Source: an uncultured Coriobacteriaceae bacterium
Lineage (GTDB): Bacteria; Bacillota; Clostridia; Oscillospirales; Acutalibacteraceae
NCBI GenBank assembly: GCA_963648385.1
Contig: CAVJDU010000001.1
Coordinates: 19,579 to 83,578 of the forward strand
Direction of reading: 5' to 3'
DNA length: 64,000 nucleotides
Shown here: positions 37,401-46,046 of the stretch, piece by piece
How positions within the stretch are numbered: the stretch's first letter is position 1
How the letters are laid out: the number at the start of each line of letters is the position of its first letter
The notes under the pieces: model-generated
Databases searched by the model: none
Seen by the model: only the letters and a program-made list of their open reading frames with translations
Told to the model about the DNA's origin: nothing
Made by a program: the position numbers and the translations under genes

Positions 37401-38406
37401 TCTTAAGGCAGCTGTCGAGACTCTCGACGCTAACGAGGTTGCCGGCGGACTTGATTCCACAAAGGCAATCATGAATTCTTACGCTCCGTCAAACGAGGGT
37501 AAGGTTTATACGGACGCTGATTACAGCTTCTTCGGAGTTTCCGATTATGAGCCGTATACCTATTATAACTATCGCACAGAGGTTAAGGAAGCTAACAGCA
37601 TGATCGACAGAGCGGAAGTTCCCGATTCAGAGGGTAAGACCTATCCCGCCGATTCACTTACTGTTGCTTACAGAAACCATCGTCTCAGCCTCTATGGCAG
37701 CCGACTTCTCAAGAAGGACGCTATCAAGACTCATCTTGCTAATGAAATTGCAAATGCAGAGGCTAAGGGCTATGTTTCCTCGAAGTACACTTCGGAATCA
37801 TGGACAGCTTATGAGACAGCTCTCAACTTTGCAACATCTGTAAATAACGATGCTTCATCAGATCTCAGACAGACCAAGGTTGACACAGCTTATGAGATGC
37901 TCCTCGAGTATCAGAAGAGACTCATCGAGGCAGGCGGAGATACTCCTTCGGAGGATCCGGTTTATGAGCTTATCAGCGATGTTCAGGTTGAAGAAACCGC
38001 AGACGGTAATGTTCTTGTAGGCGTTTCCGGCTATGGTGAAAACGATGTAACATATTACTTTGCAAACCTTGAGAATTGCACAGTTGAGCTTGAAGAAAAC
38101 GACCAAGGTCAGTTCTCAACAGGAGCAAAGATCTATGTTAAGGACAATAGCGGTTCTGTTGTCGAGACATATATCGTTTCAGTTACAGGTGATGTTAACT
38201 GCGACGGTTCTTGTGCCGATACAAACGATGCCGGCGTTGTTCTCTCGGTAAGTAGTGGTCTTGCCGACTTTGAATCATCATGTATTGAACTTGCAGCCGA
38301 TATGAACAATGACGGCGGCGTTGATACAAGTGATGTTTCCAACCTTTGTACAGTTGCAGCAGGTCTTGCTGATGTTGATTTCGTAAACCGTACAATTTCG
38401 TTCTAA
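34456..38406 (+). CDS. Large secreted protein (1316 aa): unknown N-terminal region, FIVAR-like helices, beta-module and C-terminal dockerin
   Basis: Signal peptide MSNAKRFMSVILAMIMVLSTLVVGASA. The C-terminus has two Ca-loop segments, DVNCDGSCADTND and DMNNDGGVDTSD. SD GGAGGTG is upstream of ATG 34456. Confidence 0.7.
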   Translation: MSNAKRFMSVILAMIMVLSTLVVGASAYSAYKGDAIKSQYNKLDKPVLTTDQYASAAVDELDRMLGKEQIKLEKSDLYGIGELDLTSVDATMQSVYNFVTGRTFETFKGMLGDLANLNANAFATVRRSSGDIKVLYAVLQFLYDNKGIFVSYVNQTIDLGSILPSVVDLSDYTDVNQLLKKMLYEVVYTTKDATTGESVKPNVPDTVTETFDSMAQKLIDAKVIEFVPELKGYTDISSGTMYSFIDTALKKLFNSSLVLDALNGSVKDELKKACGVEFKKNADGSYVKDDKGNKVEDNRDNLNGYANYINIDYTYSGFTFGSGSFVSQLNNILGSFVNLLLKSGVYTWQTGDNSVLMDNLVGLAKAVLVNTGDDFFASYIKVASADEVNKMTNEELIVYALRAIINGSVTGMYIPDSVTTIVDFGYYALSQLLATSAPELDFSSYDHTVDTLIVMGVDYAIYSVNSAIDMGLSYVSDMNGVDAQLKVAAEYGINNYGGLLNGLSLSTSDSGWTTLNKIVDGLLGLNWLPTCANKDVKTFVIDDLLKKIATLDFESILDMFENSAFPSASDLNKTPKAAVLDVVTRIVNIIFPGALNTSATTIEALATNAALAGTVDAIFSDLYNYRENLVAGALPIVCSVLSLTTPQEFKFPTVTCDSFIYDKSGSPSFTIKLRNSSSGINTGYTTASGTFVQDSLYTYDIKSITSNSNIITLTPDKTKVAGGEEVNISVVATSTYSGAAPFIVAITYDVLTEDGSSLTDTPITEYVYSYISASGDNDNEKQISYTSGNYSITGGPSYLYASSMSDLYKTQYTFENASDSKITGATVIGTSTAPINANYLTVKSDSFDILAKTGDQNGIAKSYIFETTEAYDALTQEEKDAAWTAICKTGTMTSKLYTYSIGANFGSTAVKTTVKVFCYEEYGLGSLLESEIGKHRQASNYSTGWTEWETAMKNAVDAVYSPFIQGSFRNLKAKKYQSAYTALKAAVETLDANEVAGGLDSTKAIMNSYAPSNEGKVYTDADYSFFGVSDYEPYTYYNYRTEVKEANSMIDRAEVPDSEGKTYPADSLTVAYRNHRLSLYGSRLLKKDAIKTHLANEIANAEAKGYVSSKYTSESWTAYETALNFATSVNNDASSDLRQTKVDTAYEMLLEYQKRLIEAGGDTPSEDPVYELISDVQVEETADGNVLVGVSGYGENDVTYYFANLENCTVELEENDQGQFSTGAKIYVKDNSGSVVETYIVSVTGDVNCDGSCADTNDAGVVLSVSSGLADFESSCIELAADMNNDGGVDTSDVSNLCTVAAGLADVDFVNRTISF

Positions 38407-38427
38407 GTTTAAATTATTGCGTTATGT

Positions 38428-38458
38428 ACCGTTTTCCCTCGTCTGACGGGGGAAAACG
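38428..38458 (+). terminator. Strong hairpin after the first gene with no clear U-tract (terminator or processing/stability element)
   Basis: CCGTTTTCCC-(11 nt)-GGGAAAACGG, a perfect 10-bp stem. Confidence 0.45.
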
Positions 38459-38600
38459 GACACAACCGATTTTATAACTTGTTAATTGCAGCGTTAGCTG
38501 TGATTATAAATTATTCGACCCGTGGCACAAAATGGGTTGAATAAGGAATACGGGAGAGGTCAGCTCTTTATCCCGAAAAAAATGAAGGAGGAATTTCCAA

Positions 38601-39677
38601 GTGAAAATAACGAAGAAAATTCTTTCCGTCATATTGTCTGTTATTCTTGCAGTGGCTGTTTTTGGCATTTGTGCCTCGGCTGAAGGCACGACGACAGAAA
38701 GCGAAAGCATGACTGTAACCGTTTCGACCGATAAGGACGAGTACGCTCCCGGTGATGAAATCACAGTTACCGTTTCGCTCAAGACTAATTACAATATGAC
38801 AGCCTTCCGTTTCCCGATAATGTTCAATTCCGATGTTTTCGAGATTCCGAACCTTATCGGCCTTACGGCTCTCAATACCGCTAAGGAAAAGGGAACGATT
38901 TTGGCAAACTCACTCAACGACGGTTCGGTAACCGTTGAGGGCTATGACGCTTCGGAGTTCAGCTGTATCCTTGTCCAGTGGACTGCTGCCGTTGCTGATT
39001 CGACCCTCGGCTGTCTGAATCTTCCCGACGGTGAGCAATGTTTCTCATTCAAGATTAAGGCAAAAACATCTGCGGCAGGCAAGAGTGGTACGATTCTTGT
39101 CCCCTCGGAGTATACGGGCTTCTATAATCAGGCTATCCGCACTCCGACAGATGCAACCACGATTTACTACATCGACTCAGCAAGCTTTACCAAGGAGTTT
39201 GTTTCCAAAACGGTAAGCGTTGTAGGCGAGGAAGTAGATCTCGTACCGAATTCGACCTATGATTCAAATGCTGTTATCAATAAAGAAAAAATGATTGTTT
39301 ACGGTTTTGAAGTTGGAATGACAACAACTGCCGAGTTAAAGCAAAAGGTTAGCGCATCCGGTTCCGGCTCATTAAAGGTTGTTTATACCGATTATGGTAT
39401 CGGAACAGGAACGAAAATAAATGTTGTTTTAGATGATACTGTTGTTAAAACATACAGTGTTGTCATATTCGGCGATGTAAACGGTGATGCGGTTATTGAC
39501 ACAAACGACTTCTCCGATGTTCTTTCGGCAGCGAGTGGTCTTAAAGACTATGAAGATGACTGCGTTATTATGGCAGCTGACTTGAATGGTGATGGCGGTG
39601 TTGATACGATGGATTCAGGTATTGTATTCTCCGTAGCAAGCGCAATCATGGATTTGGATCAGGTCAATCCCTATTAA
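38601..39677 (+). CDS. Secreted cohesin-like plus dockerin adaptor protein (358 aa)
   Basis: It has a signal peptide, a cohesin-like signature PGDEITVTVSLKTNYNMTAFRFPIMFNSDVFEI, and a C-terminal dockerin (DVNGDAVIDTND ... DLNGDGGVDTMD). GTG start lies 9 nt after GAAGGAGG. Confidence 0.7.
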   Translation: MKITKKILSVILSVILAVAVFGICASAEGTTTESESMTVTVSTDKDEYAPGDEITVTVSLKTNYNMTAFRFPIMFNSDVFEIPNLIGLTALNTAKEKGTILANSLNDGSVTVEGYDASEFSCILVQWTAAVADSTLGCLNLPDGEQCFSFKIKAKTSAAGKSGTILVPSEYTGFYNQAIRTPTDATTIYYIDSASFTKEFVSKTVSVVGEEVDLVPNSTYDSNAVINKEKMIVYGFEVGMTTTAELKQKVSASGSGSLKVVYTDYGIGTGTKINVVLDDTVVKTYSVVIFGDVNGDAVIDTNDFSDVLSAASGLKDYEDDCVIMAADLNGDGGVDTMDSGIVFSVASAIMDLDQVNPY

Positions 39678-39711
39678 ACTCTTTTAAAATTTTTTTGGGA
39701 GGAATAATTGC

Positions 39712-42700
39712 ATGAAAATTGCGAAAAAGGTACTTAGCGTATTGCTTGCAATCGCTATGGTGCTCGGTTCGTTTGCAGTAGCGGCTTCGGCTAACGGCGA
39801 TCCCGATACAGCATCGCACCAAGTAAAATTCTGGATTACCCTTTCGCCGATCACATCGGGCGGAACATGGGATTCCACAGGTACAACATATACAGCAGCT
39901 GAGTGGACAGATTCTCAGACTTCTGATATTGAAGTTCAGCCAGGTCAGAGATATATGCTTGCTGTCCATGTTACAACAAACTATTATGTTGGTCACTGTA
40001 ATGCTCTTCTTTTCTATGATTCAAGAATTCTTGATACAGCTGAGATTTATGCAGCTGATGTAGGTAAGAAGGCAACAATTGCTAAGGTTAAGCAGATGGT
40101 TCTTTGGAACGAATATGATGCTAAAACAGGTACAGGTAACCCGTTCCTTGAGAATAGTGTTGCAGCTTACCGTGTTCAGACTCCTTCAACATTGTTCACA
40201 GATAAGAACTTCCTTATGGCTATGAACAGATGTATGGATGATAACGGTGATGTTTACTTTAGAAAGCTTGTCGGTGAAACAGGCACATACTCCACTGCTG
40301 CCGAAGCTAAAGCAGCCGGTTGGGACTTCTTCAAGATGGATGCTTACCCGAACCCGGAAGTTGCTACTACAACAATGCTTGACGGTACAACGGAATACTA
40401 TGTTGCATTCCCGATTCAGATTCCGACTGACGCACAGGCAGGCGATACTTATAAGTTCGTAATGCCGGAAGAAAACATTAAGCGTAAGGCTAATACATCG
40501 GGTGACTGCTTCGTTGGTGAGTGCCCGGATGGCGATGCGAGTGCACAAATTCTTGCTGACCTTTCTAATGCATATTTCAACGAGGATCAGTATTTTGATT
40601 TCTCCGGTGTAAACAATGTTACTCTTACAGTTGCAGGCGGTTCTTCAGCCGTTGATTACTCAAAGCTTCAGGCTAAGTATGACGAGGTTAAGGATACAGT
40701 AGTTGCTAACTACAACAACACTGATGACTTCGTTGCAGCTCTTGCAGCAGCTAAGACTATCCTTGACGAGCAGACAGCCGATCAGACAGCTGTTGACAAA
40801 GCTCTTACAGATCTTGAGTCAGGCTATGCCAAGCTCACAATCAAGGGTGCGGATTATACAAAGCTCACAGCAGCTAAGTCAACCGCAGCTCTTGTAAATG
40901 CCGATGATTATGAGCAGGATGCTAACTGGACAGCATTCCAGACAGCTTATGATGCGGCAAAGGCTATTGCCGACGGTCTTGATATCACTCATCAGACAGA
41001 GATCGACAATGCAGCATCAGCTCTTACAACCGCTATCGGCAACCTCACTAAGAAGGTTGTTGAGGCAGACGCTGATTACACAACTCTTAATGCCGAGATC
41101 GCAGCTTCTCAGAAGATCGTTGATGAGCAGCAGGCTTCTTGGTACACAACAGATTCCTGGACGGCATTCACAACGGCTCTTGCTTCGGCTAAGGCTGTTC
41201 CGACCGGACTCAAGGAATCTCAGCAGTCTCAGATCGACAATGCAGCATCAGCTCTTTCGACCGCAAGAAAGGGTCTCAAGGACGCCGCTGCAGATTACAC
41301 AAATCTCAATGCTCTCATCGCTGAGTGCAGTGCTCTCGTTTCTTCCGATTACACTGCAGCTTCTTGGTCGGCTCTTTCAATAGCTCTTACAGCAGCTAAC
41401 TCGGTTGCTAAGGATCTTCCGGCTAAGCAGCAGAGCACAATCGACACCGCTTATAATAACCTCAAGACAGCTAAGGATAACCTTGTTCCTCTCGGAGCAG
41501 CTAACTATCAGCCGCTTATCGACGAGATAGCTAAGGGCACAGAGCATACTGAGGATTATTACACAGCTGCGTCATGGTCAGCTTATCAGACAGTTCTTAC
41601 TTCCGCTCAGGCAATGGTAGACGCCGGCAACCTCAAGGAAGATGAGCAGGCTCAGATCACTAAGAAGGTTGAGGATCTTATCGCAGCTAAGGCAGCTCTT
41701 GTATATGTAGACGCTGACTACACAGCTGTTGACGCAGCTCTCGCTACGATCCCGTCGGATTCCGACCTTTCCGCATACTACACAAATGATTCGGCAACAG
41801 CCGTTATCGCTGCAAGAAATGCAGTTGTTCGCGGATATAACAAGTCAATGCAGACTGATGTTGATAAGATGGCAGCCGACATCGAAACAGCAGTTAAGAA
41901 TCTTGTTCTTGTTGCAGCCGACACAGCAGCTCTTAAAACAGCTATTGATAAGGCAAACGCTGTAGATTCTACACGCTACACTGCAGATTCCTACAACGCA
42001 ATGAAGACTGAGCTTGATAAAGCTACAGCTCTTTATAACACAGCTAACCTCACCAAGAAGGATAATCAGGCAGCAGTTGACGCACAGACAGAAGCTCTTA
42101 CAAAGGCTTACAATGCTCTTGTTCCTGCCGGCGCAGATTATTCAAAGGTTAAGGCAGCTATGGATAGCTTTGAAGCTCTTACCGAGTCTGACTGGACAAC
42201 AGCTACATGGGCAGTTGCAAAGACTAAGTATGATGCTGCAAAGATCGCTTACAACACAACTTACACAATCGACAAGCAGGATGAGCTTGATGCATATGCA
42301 ACAGCGCTTAACACCGCTATCGATGCACTTGTTCCGGCTCCGGCTGACTTCACAGCTCTTGATACTCTCATCACTACAATGAACAATTATCTCACAGCAT
42401 GGGCTAACTACTACACTGAAGAGTACAAGACAGCTGCTAACGATGGCATTGCATCCGCTAAGACTACGGAGTTCCGTGCTCTTACTAAGAAGGATCAGGC
42501 TACCGTAGACGCTAAGAAGGCAGAACTTCAGGCTATCTATGATGCTCCGTCCTTCAAGGATTGGGATTACACCACGATCAACGAAGCTAAGGCTGCTTAC
42601 GATAAGATTGATCGTACTCTTTACACAGACGATTCACTCGCAATTAACGACGCTCTCTTCGCACAGGTAGAAGAAGGCTGGAAGATGGATCCGAGAAAGA

Positions 42701-43857
42701 CCGAGGGATCAACAATGAGCCCCCATGCTTCTCATATGCTTCTCCAGTACAAGATTACTAAGTGGGAGTCCAACCTCGTTCTTAAGCCGGTTGAGGAAAA
42801 GGCTGATTACACAGATCTTGACACAGCTATCGCTACGGCTGAGGCTCTCATCGCTAAGGGAACAGACAACTACACAGATGAGTCTGTAACGGCTCTCAAG
42901 GATGCTCTTGCAGCAGGTAAGGCTCTTTCAAGAGATCTCGTTGCTTCCGAGCAGGCAACCGTTGACGCAGCTGAAAAGGCTATCAACGACGCTATGCCGC
43001 TCACAGAGAAGGACGCTGTTTACACAGCACTCGATGAAGTTATCGCTTTCGCAAAGACAAAGAAGGCTGATGATTACACAGAGGAATCCTACAAGGCAAT
43101 GACAGAAAAGCTTGCAGCAGCTGAGGCTGTTGACCGTAACCTCAAAATCTCCGACCAGCAGACCGTCAATGATGCAGCCAATGCACTTGGCGCAGCTATT
43201 GAGGCTCTTGTTCTCAAGCCGGTAGAGGTTAACGGTGCTATCCAGTCTGTTGATTGGGTTCCGTCACTGTATGCTCGCAATACCTACACGGTAAAGGTTA
43301 ACCATGTTAACGGCACATATCCGTGCAAGATTCAGTTCATCGATGTTGATGGCAACACAAGAACCATCACAAGACGCAGCGCTAATGCTACAGTTACAAC
43401 TTATGATGCAAACGGTAATGTTTGCCATGAGCTCAGCCGTGACGCAGCATACGATGTATGGGCTATCGATGTTAAACTTGCAGTCGGCACAGAGGTTAAG
43501 GCTATTGCTAAGTATGACTTCGCTTGGGAGAGCACCGATGTTGCTTACAAGTTCGTTGTTACTCTTCTTGAGCCGATCGTTGATACAACAGTTTACAGCA
43601 TCACTCCCGACGCTACATCCGGTAAGACCGGTCGTGTAGGTGTTACAATTGTAACAGGTGAGGATGTTCAGGGCGTTCGTACCGTAATGGCAACAGGTGC
43701 TACCCTCACTCAGAAGGCATTCACCGTTGTAGATGGCAAGAATGTTTATGAAGCTCAGGCAAGCTGCTACGCCAAGGGCGAAAATGTTATCAAGGTTCAG
43801 GTTAAGTATAACAACACATGGCATGACGCCGGTTCGTTTACATACACAGCCTCATAA
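39712..43857 (+). CDS. Secreted 1381-aa protein: N-terminal cohesin-like module, about 12 FIVAR-like helical repeats, C-terminal Ig-like domains
   Basis: It has a signal peptide, QPGQRYMLAVHVTTNYYVGHCNALLFYDSRILD, and repeated (A)DYT.L......YT..SW..F..AL..A......Q..ID.A...L units. I see no LPXTG, SLH or dockerin motif. Confidence 0.7.
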   Translation: MKIAKKVLSVLLAIAMVLGSFAVAASANGDPDTASHQVKFWITLSPITSGGTWDSTGTTYTAAEWTDSQTSDIEVQPGQRYMLAVHVTTNYYVGHCNALLFYDSRILDTAEIYAADVGKKATIAKVKQMVLWNEYDAKTGTGNPFLENSVAAYRVQTPSTLFTDKNFLMAMNRCMDDNGDVYFRKLVGETGTYSTAAEAKAAGWDFFKMDAYPNPEVATTTMLDGTTEYYVAFPIQIPTDAQAGDTYKFVMPEENIKRKANTSGDCFVGECPDGDASAQILADLSNAYFNEDQYFDFSGVNNVTLTVAGGSSAVDYSKLQAKYDEVKDTVVANYNNTDDFVAALAAAKTILDEQTADQTAVDKALTDLESGYAKLTIKGADYTKLTAAKSTAALVNADDYEQDANWTAFQTAYDAAKAIADGLDITHQTEIDNAASALTTAIGNLTKKVVEADADYTTLNAEIAASQKIVDEQQASWYTTDSWTAFTTALASAKAVPTGLKESQQSQIDNAASALSTARKGLKDAAADYTNLNALIAECSALVSSDYTAASWSALSIALTAANSVAKDLPAKQQSTIDTAYNNLKTAKDNLVPLGAANYQPLIDEIAKGTEHTEDYYTAASWSAYQTVLTSAQAMVDAGNLKEDEQAQITKKVEDLIAAKAALVYVDADYTAVDAALATIPSDSDLSAYYTNDSATAVIAARNAVVRGYNKSMQTDVDKMAADIETAVKNLVLVAADTAALKTAIDKANAVDSTRYTADSYNAMKTELDKATALYNTANLTKKDNQAAVDAQTEALTKAYNALVPAGADYSKVKAAMDSFEALTESDWTTATWAVAKTKYDAAKIAYNTTYTIDKQDELDAYATALNTAIDALVPAPADFTALDTLITTMNNYLTAWANYYTEEYKTAANDGIASAKTTEFRALTKKDQATVDAKKAELQAIYDAPSFKDWDYTTINEAKAAYDKIDRTLYTDDSLAINDALFAQVEEGWKMDPRKTEGSTMSPHASHMLLQYKITKWESNLVLKPVEEKADYTDLDTAIATAEALIAKGTDNYTDESVTALKDALAAGKALSRDLVASEQATVDAAEKAINDAMPLTEKDAVYTALDEVIAFAKTKKADDYTEESYKAMTEKLAAAEAVDRNLKISDQQTVNDAANALGAAIEALVLKPVEVNGAIQSVDWVPSLYARNTYTVKVNHVNGTYPCKIQFIDVDGNTRTITRRSANATVTTYDANGNVCHELSRDAAYDVWAIDVKLAVGTEVKAIAKYDFAWESTDVAYKFVVTLLEPIVDTTVYSITPDATSGKTGRVGVTIVTGEDVQGVRTVMATGATLTQKAFTVVDGKNVYEAQASCYAKGENVIKVQVKYNNTWHDAGSFTYTAS
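40651..43235 (+). repeat. Array of about 12 in-frame degenerate tandem repeats (70-74 codons each, FIVAR-like)
   Basis: GA(T/C)TA(C/T)ACA-type unit starts recur at 40852, 41074, 41293, 41503 and 41716 (spacings 222, 219, 210 and 213 nt). Further units follow downstream. Confidence 0.65.
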
Positions 43858-43896
43858 TAAGCTGAACACCGAATATTCAGTGTAAAGCGTCAAAGA

Positions 43897-43925
43897 GGGT
43901 GCAGGGCAACCTGCACCCTTGTTTT
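43897..43925 (+). terminator. Intrinsic terminator of the cohesin/dockerin locus
   Basis: GGGTGCAGG-gcaa-CCTGCACCC followed by TTGTTTT. Confidence 0.8.
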
Positions 43926-44045
43926 ATGCCTTTTTTCTGTATTGCACAAAAGAAATTGTTTGTTTTTTAACAAAGTCTTTTTGCAACTTTTGTAAAAACC
44001 AACAAAAAAAGTAAGAAATATTCATTATAATGTGCGTTTTGTATG

Positions 44046-44074
44046 TTGAAAATTGCACCTAAACAGGATATAAT
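44046..44074 (+). promoter_or_regulatory. Sigma-A promoter of the PEP carboxykinase gene
   Basis: TTGAAA, 17-nt spacer, TATAAT. Confidence 0.7.
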
Positions 44075-44116
44075 ATAAGCGTAAAAAATTGATTTTTACG
44101 AAAGGAATGAATTTCA

Positions 44117-45904
44117 ATGGAATTAACGACTAACAAGTCCGTGCTTGATTGGATCGACGGAAAAGTTGACCTTGTTAAGCCCGACAAAATCGTATGGATC
44201 GACGGCTCAGAGGATCAGCTCGACGCCCTTCGCAAGGAGGCTGTTGAGACAGGTGAAATGATTAAGCTCAATGAAGAAAAGCTTCCCGGCTGCTATCTTC
44301 ACAGAACGAAGCCGAACGATGTTGCCCGTGTTGAGGACAGAACATTCATCTGCTCCAAGAAGCAGGAGAATGCAGGCCCGACCAACAACTGGTGCGATCC
44401 TGACGAGATGTATCAGAGACTTTATGATATAGCAAGAGATTCCTACAAGGGCAGAACGATGTATGTTATCCCGTTCTCAATGGGTCCTGTCGGTTCTCCT
44501 CTTGCCAAGATCGGTATTGAGCTTACAGACTCTATCTATGTTGTTCTCAACATGGCCATCATGACCCGTGTCGGCAAGAAGGTTCTTGATGTCCTCGGCG
44601 ACAGCAATGACTGGGTTCGCGGCTTCCATGCAAAATGTGATGTTGATCCCGAAAAGAGATATATTTGCCAGTTCCCGGAGGATAACGCTATCATCTCCGT
44701 AAACTCTGCTTACGGCGGAAATGTTCTTCTCGGCAAGAAGTGCTTCGCTCTCAGAATCGCTTCTTACCAGGGCTGGAAAGAGGGCTGGATGGCTGAGCAT
44801 ATGCTTATCCTCGGTCTTCAGAACCCGAAGGGCGAAGTTAAGTATGTTGCAGCTGCATTTCCGTCAGCCTGTGGCAAAACCAACCTCGCTATGCTCATTC
44901 CTCCAAAGTATCTTCAGGAGAAGGGCTACAAGATTTGGACAGTCGGCGACGATATTTCATGGATGAGAATCGGTGCGGACGGCAGACTTTATGCAATCAA
45001 TCCTGAGAACGGCTTCTTCGGAGTTGCTCCCGGAACAAACGCAAAGTCCAACTTCAACGCTCTTGAATCCACAAAGAAGAATACGATCTTTACAAATGTT
45101 TGCCTCAACCTTGATGACAACACCGTTTGGTGGGAGGGTCTTAACAAGGATCTTCCGACGAACGCAATCGACTGGAAGGGCAACAAGTGGGACGCTTCCA
45201 AGTTCAATAAGGCAGATAAGAGCACATATGCAGCTCACCCGAACTCAAGATTTACCGCTCCGGCAGTTAACTGCCCGTGCATTTCTCCTGAGTTTGACAA
45301 GGGCGAGGGCGTGCCGATCTCAGCTATCATCTTCGGTGGACGCCGTGCAAAGTGCGCTCCGCTGGTTTACCAGTCAAAGAGCTGGGAGAACGGTGTGTTC
45401 ATCGGTTCGGCAATGGCTTCCGAGACAACTGCCGCCGCAGCAGGCGCAGTAGGCGTTGTTCGTCGTGACCCGATGGCTATGCTTCCGTTCTGCGGATATC
45501 ACATGGCTGACTATTTCCAGCATTGGCTCGACATGGGCGAGAAGCTTGGCGATAAGGCTCCGAAAATCTTCAATGTTAACTGGTTCCGTACCGATGATGA
45601 GGGCAACTTCATTTGGCCGGGATTCGGCGACAATATGCGTGTCCTCAACTGGATCGTTGACCGCTGCGAGGGCAAGGCAGACGCAACCGAGACGGCTATC
45701 GGTTATGTTCCGAAGCCGGAGGATATCGACCTCACAGACCTTGACATGGATATTGATACACTCAAGTCGATCCTTGATGTTGATAAGGACACATGGACAA
45801 AGGAAGCTGCCGAGATCGAGGAGCACTACAAGAAGTTTGGCGACAAGCTTCCGCAGGAGCTTAGAAATCAGCTTGCAAATCTTAAAACTAACCTTGAGAA
45901 ATAA
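44117..45904 (+). CDS. pck: Phosphoenolpyruvate carboxykinase (GTP-dependent)
   Basis: 595 aa. Motifs: RTMYVIPFSMGP, FPSACGKTN (kinase-1a loop), WMR..ADG, GFFGVAPGT, NWFR. Confidence 0.95.
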   Translation: MELTTNKSVLDWIDGKVDLVKPDKIVWIDGSEDQLDALRKEAVETGEMIKLNEEKLPGCYLHRTKPNDVARVEDRTFICSKKQENAGPTNNWCDPDEMYQRLYDIARDSYKGRTMYVIPFSMGPVGSPLAKIGIELTDSIYVVLNMAIMTRVGKKVLDVLGDSNDWVRGFHAKCDVDPEKRYICQFPEDNAIISVNSAYGGNVLLGKKCFALRIASYQGWKEGWMAEHMLILGLQNPKGEVKYVAAAFPSACGKTNLAMLIPPKYLQEKGYKIWTVGDDISWMRIGADGRLYAINPENGFFGVAPGTNAKSNFNALESTKKNTIFTNVCLNLDDNTVWWEGLNKDLPTNAIDWKGNKWDASKFNKADKSTYAAHPNSRFTAPAVNCPCISPEFDKGEGVPISAIIFGGRRAKCAPLVYQSKSWENGVFIGSAMASETTAAAAGAVGVVRRDPMAMLPFCGYHMADYFQHWLDMGEKLGDKAPKIFNVNWFRTDDEGNFIWPGFGDNMRVLNWIVDRCEGKADATETAIGYVPKPEDIDLTDLDMDIDTLKSILDVDKDTWTKEAAEIEEHYKKFGDKLPQELRNQLANLKTNLEK

Positions 45905-45920
45905 TCAAATAAAGAATTAT

Positions 45921-45953
45921 GACCGTCACGCAAATGTGGCGGTCTTTTCTTTG
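45921..45953 (+). terminator. Intrinsic terminator of pck
   Basis: GACCGTCAC-gcaaat-GTGGCGGTC followed by TTTTCTTT. Confidence 0.7.
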
Positions 45954-46046
45954 GTTACTTTGTGTTATTTTTGTGCAAATTTTGGGTATTGTATTTTCTT
46001 TCGGTTTATGGTACAATGATAAAAAATATAATGGAGATTGTGTAAA

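Noticed and set aside
40651-43235. Periodic ~210-220-nt DNA repeats as a possible CRISPR-like or satellite array.
   Set aside because: The repeats are degenerate and in frame within one long ORF. They encode recognisable helical protein repeats, and there are no short identical direct repeats with unique spacers.
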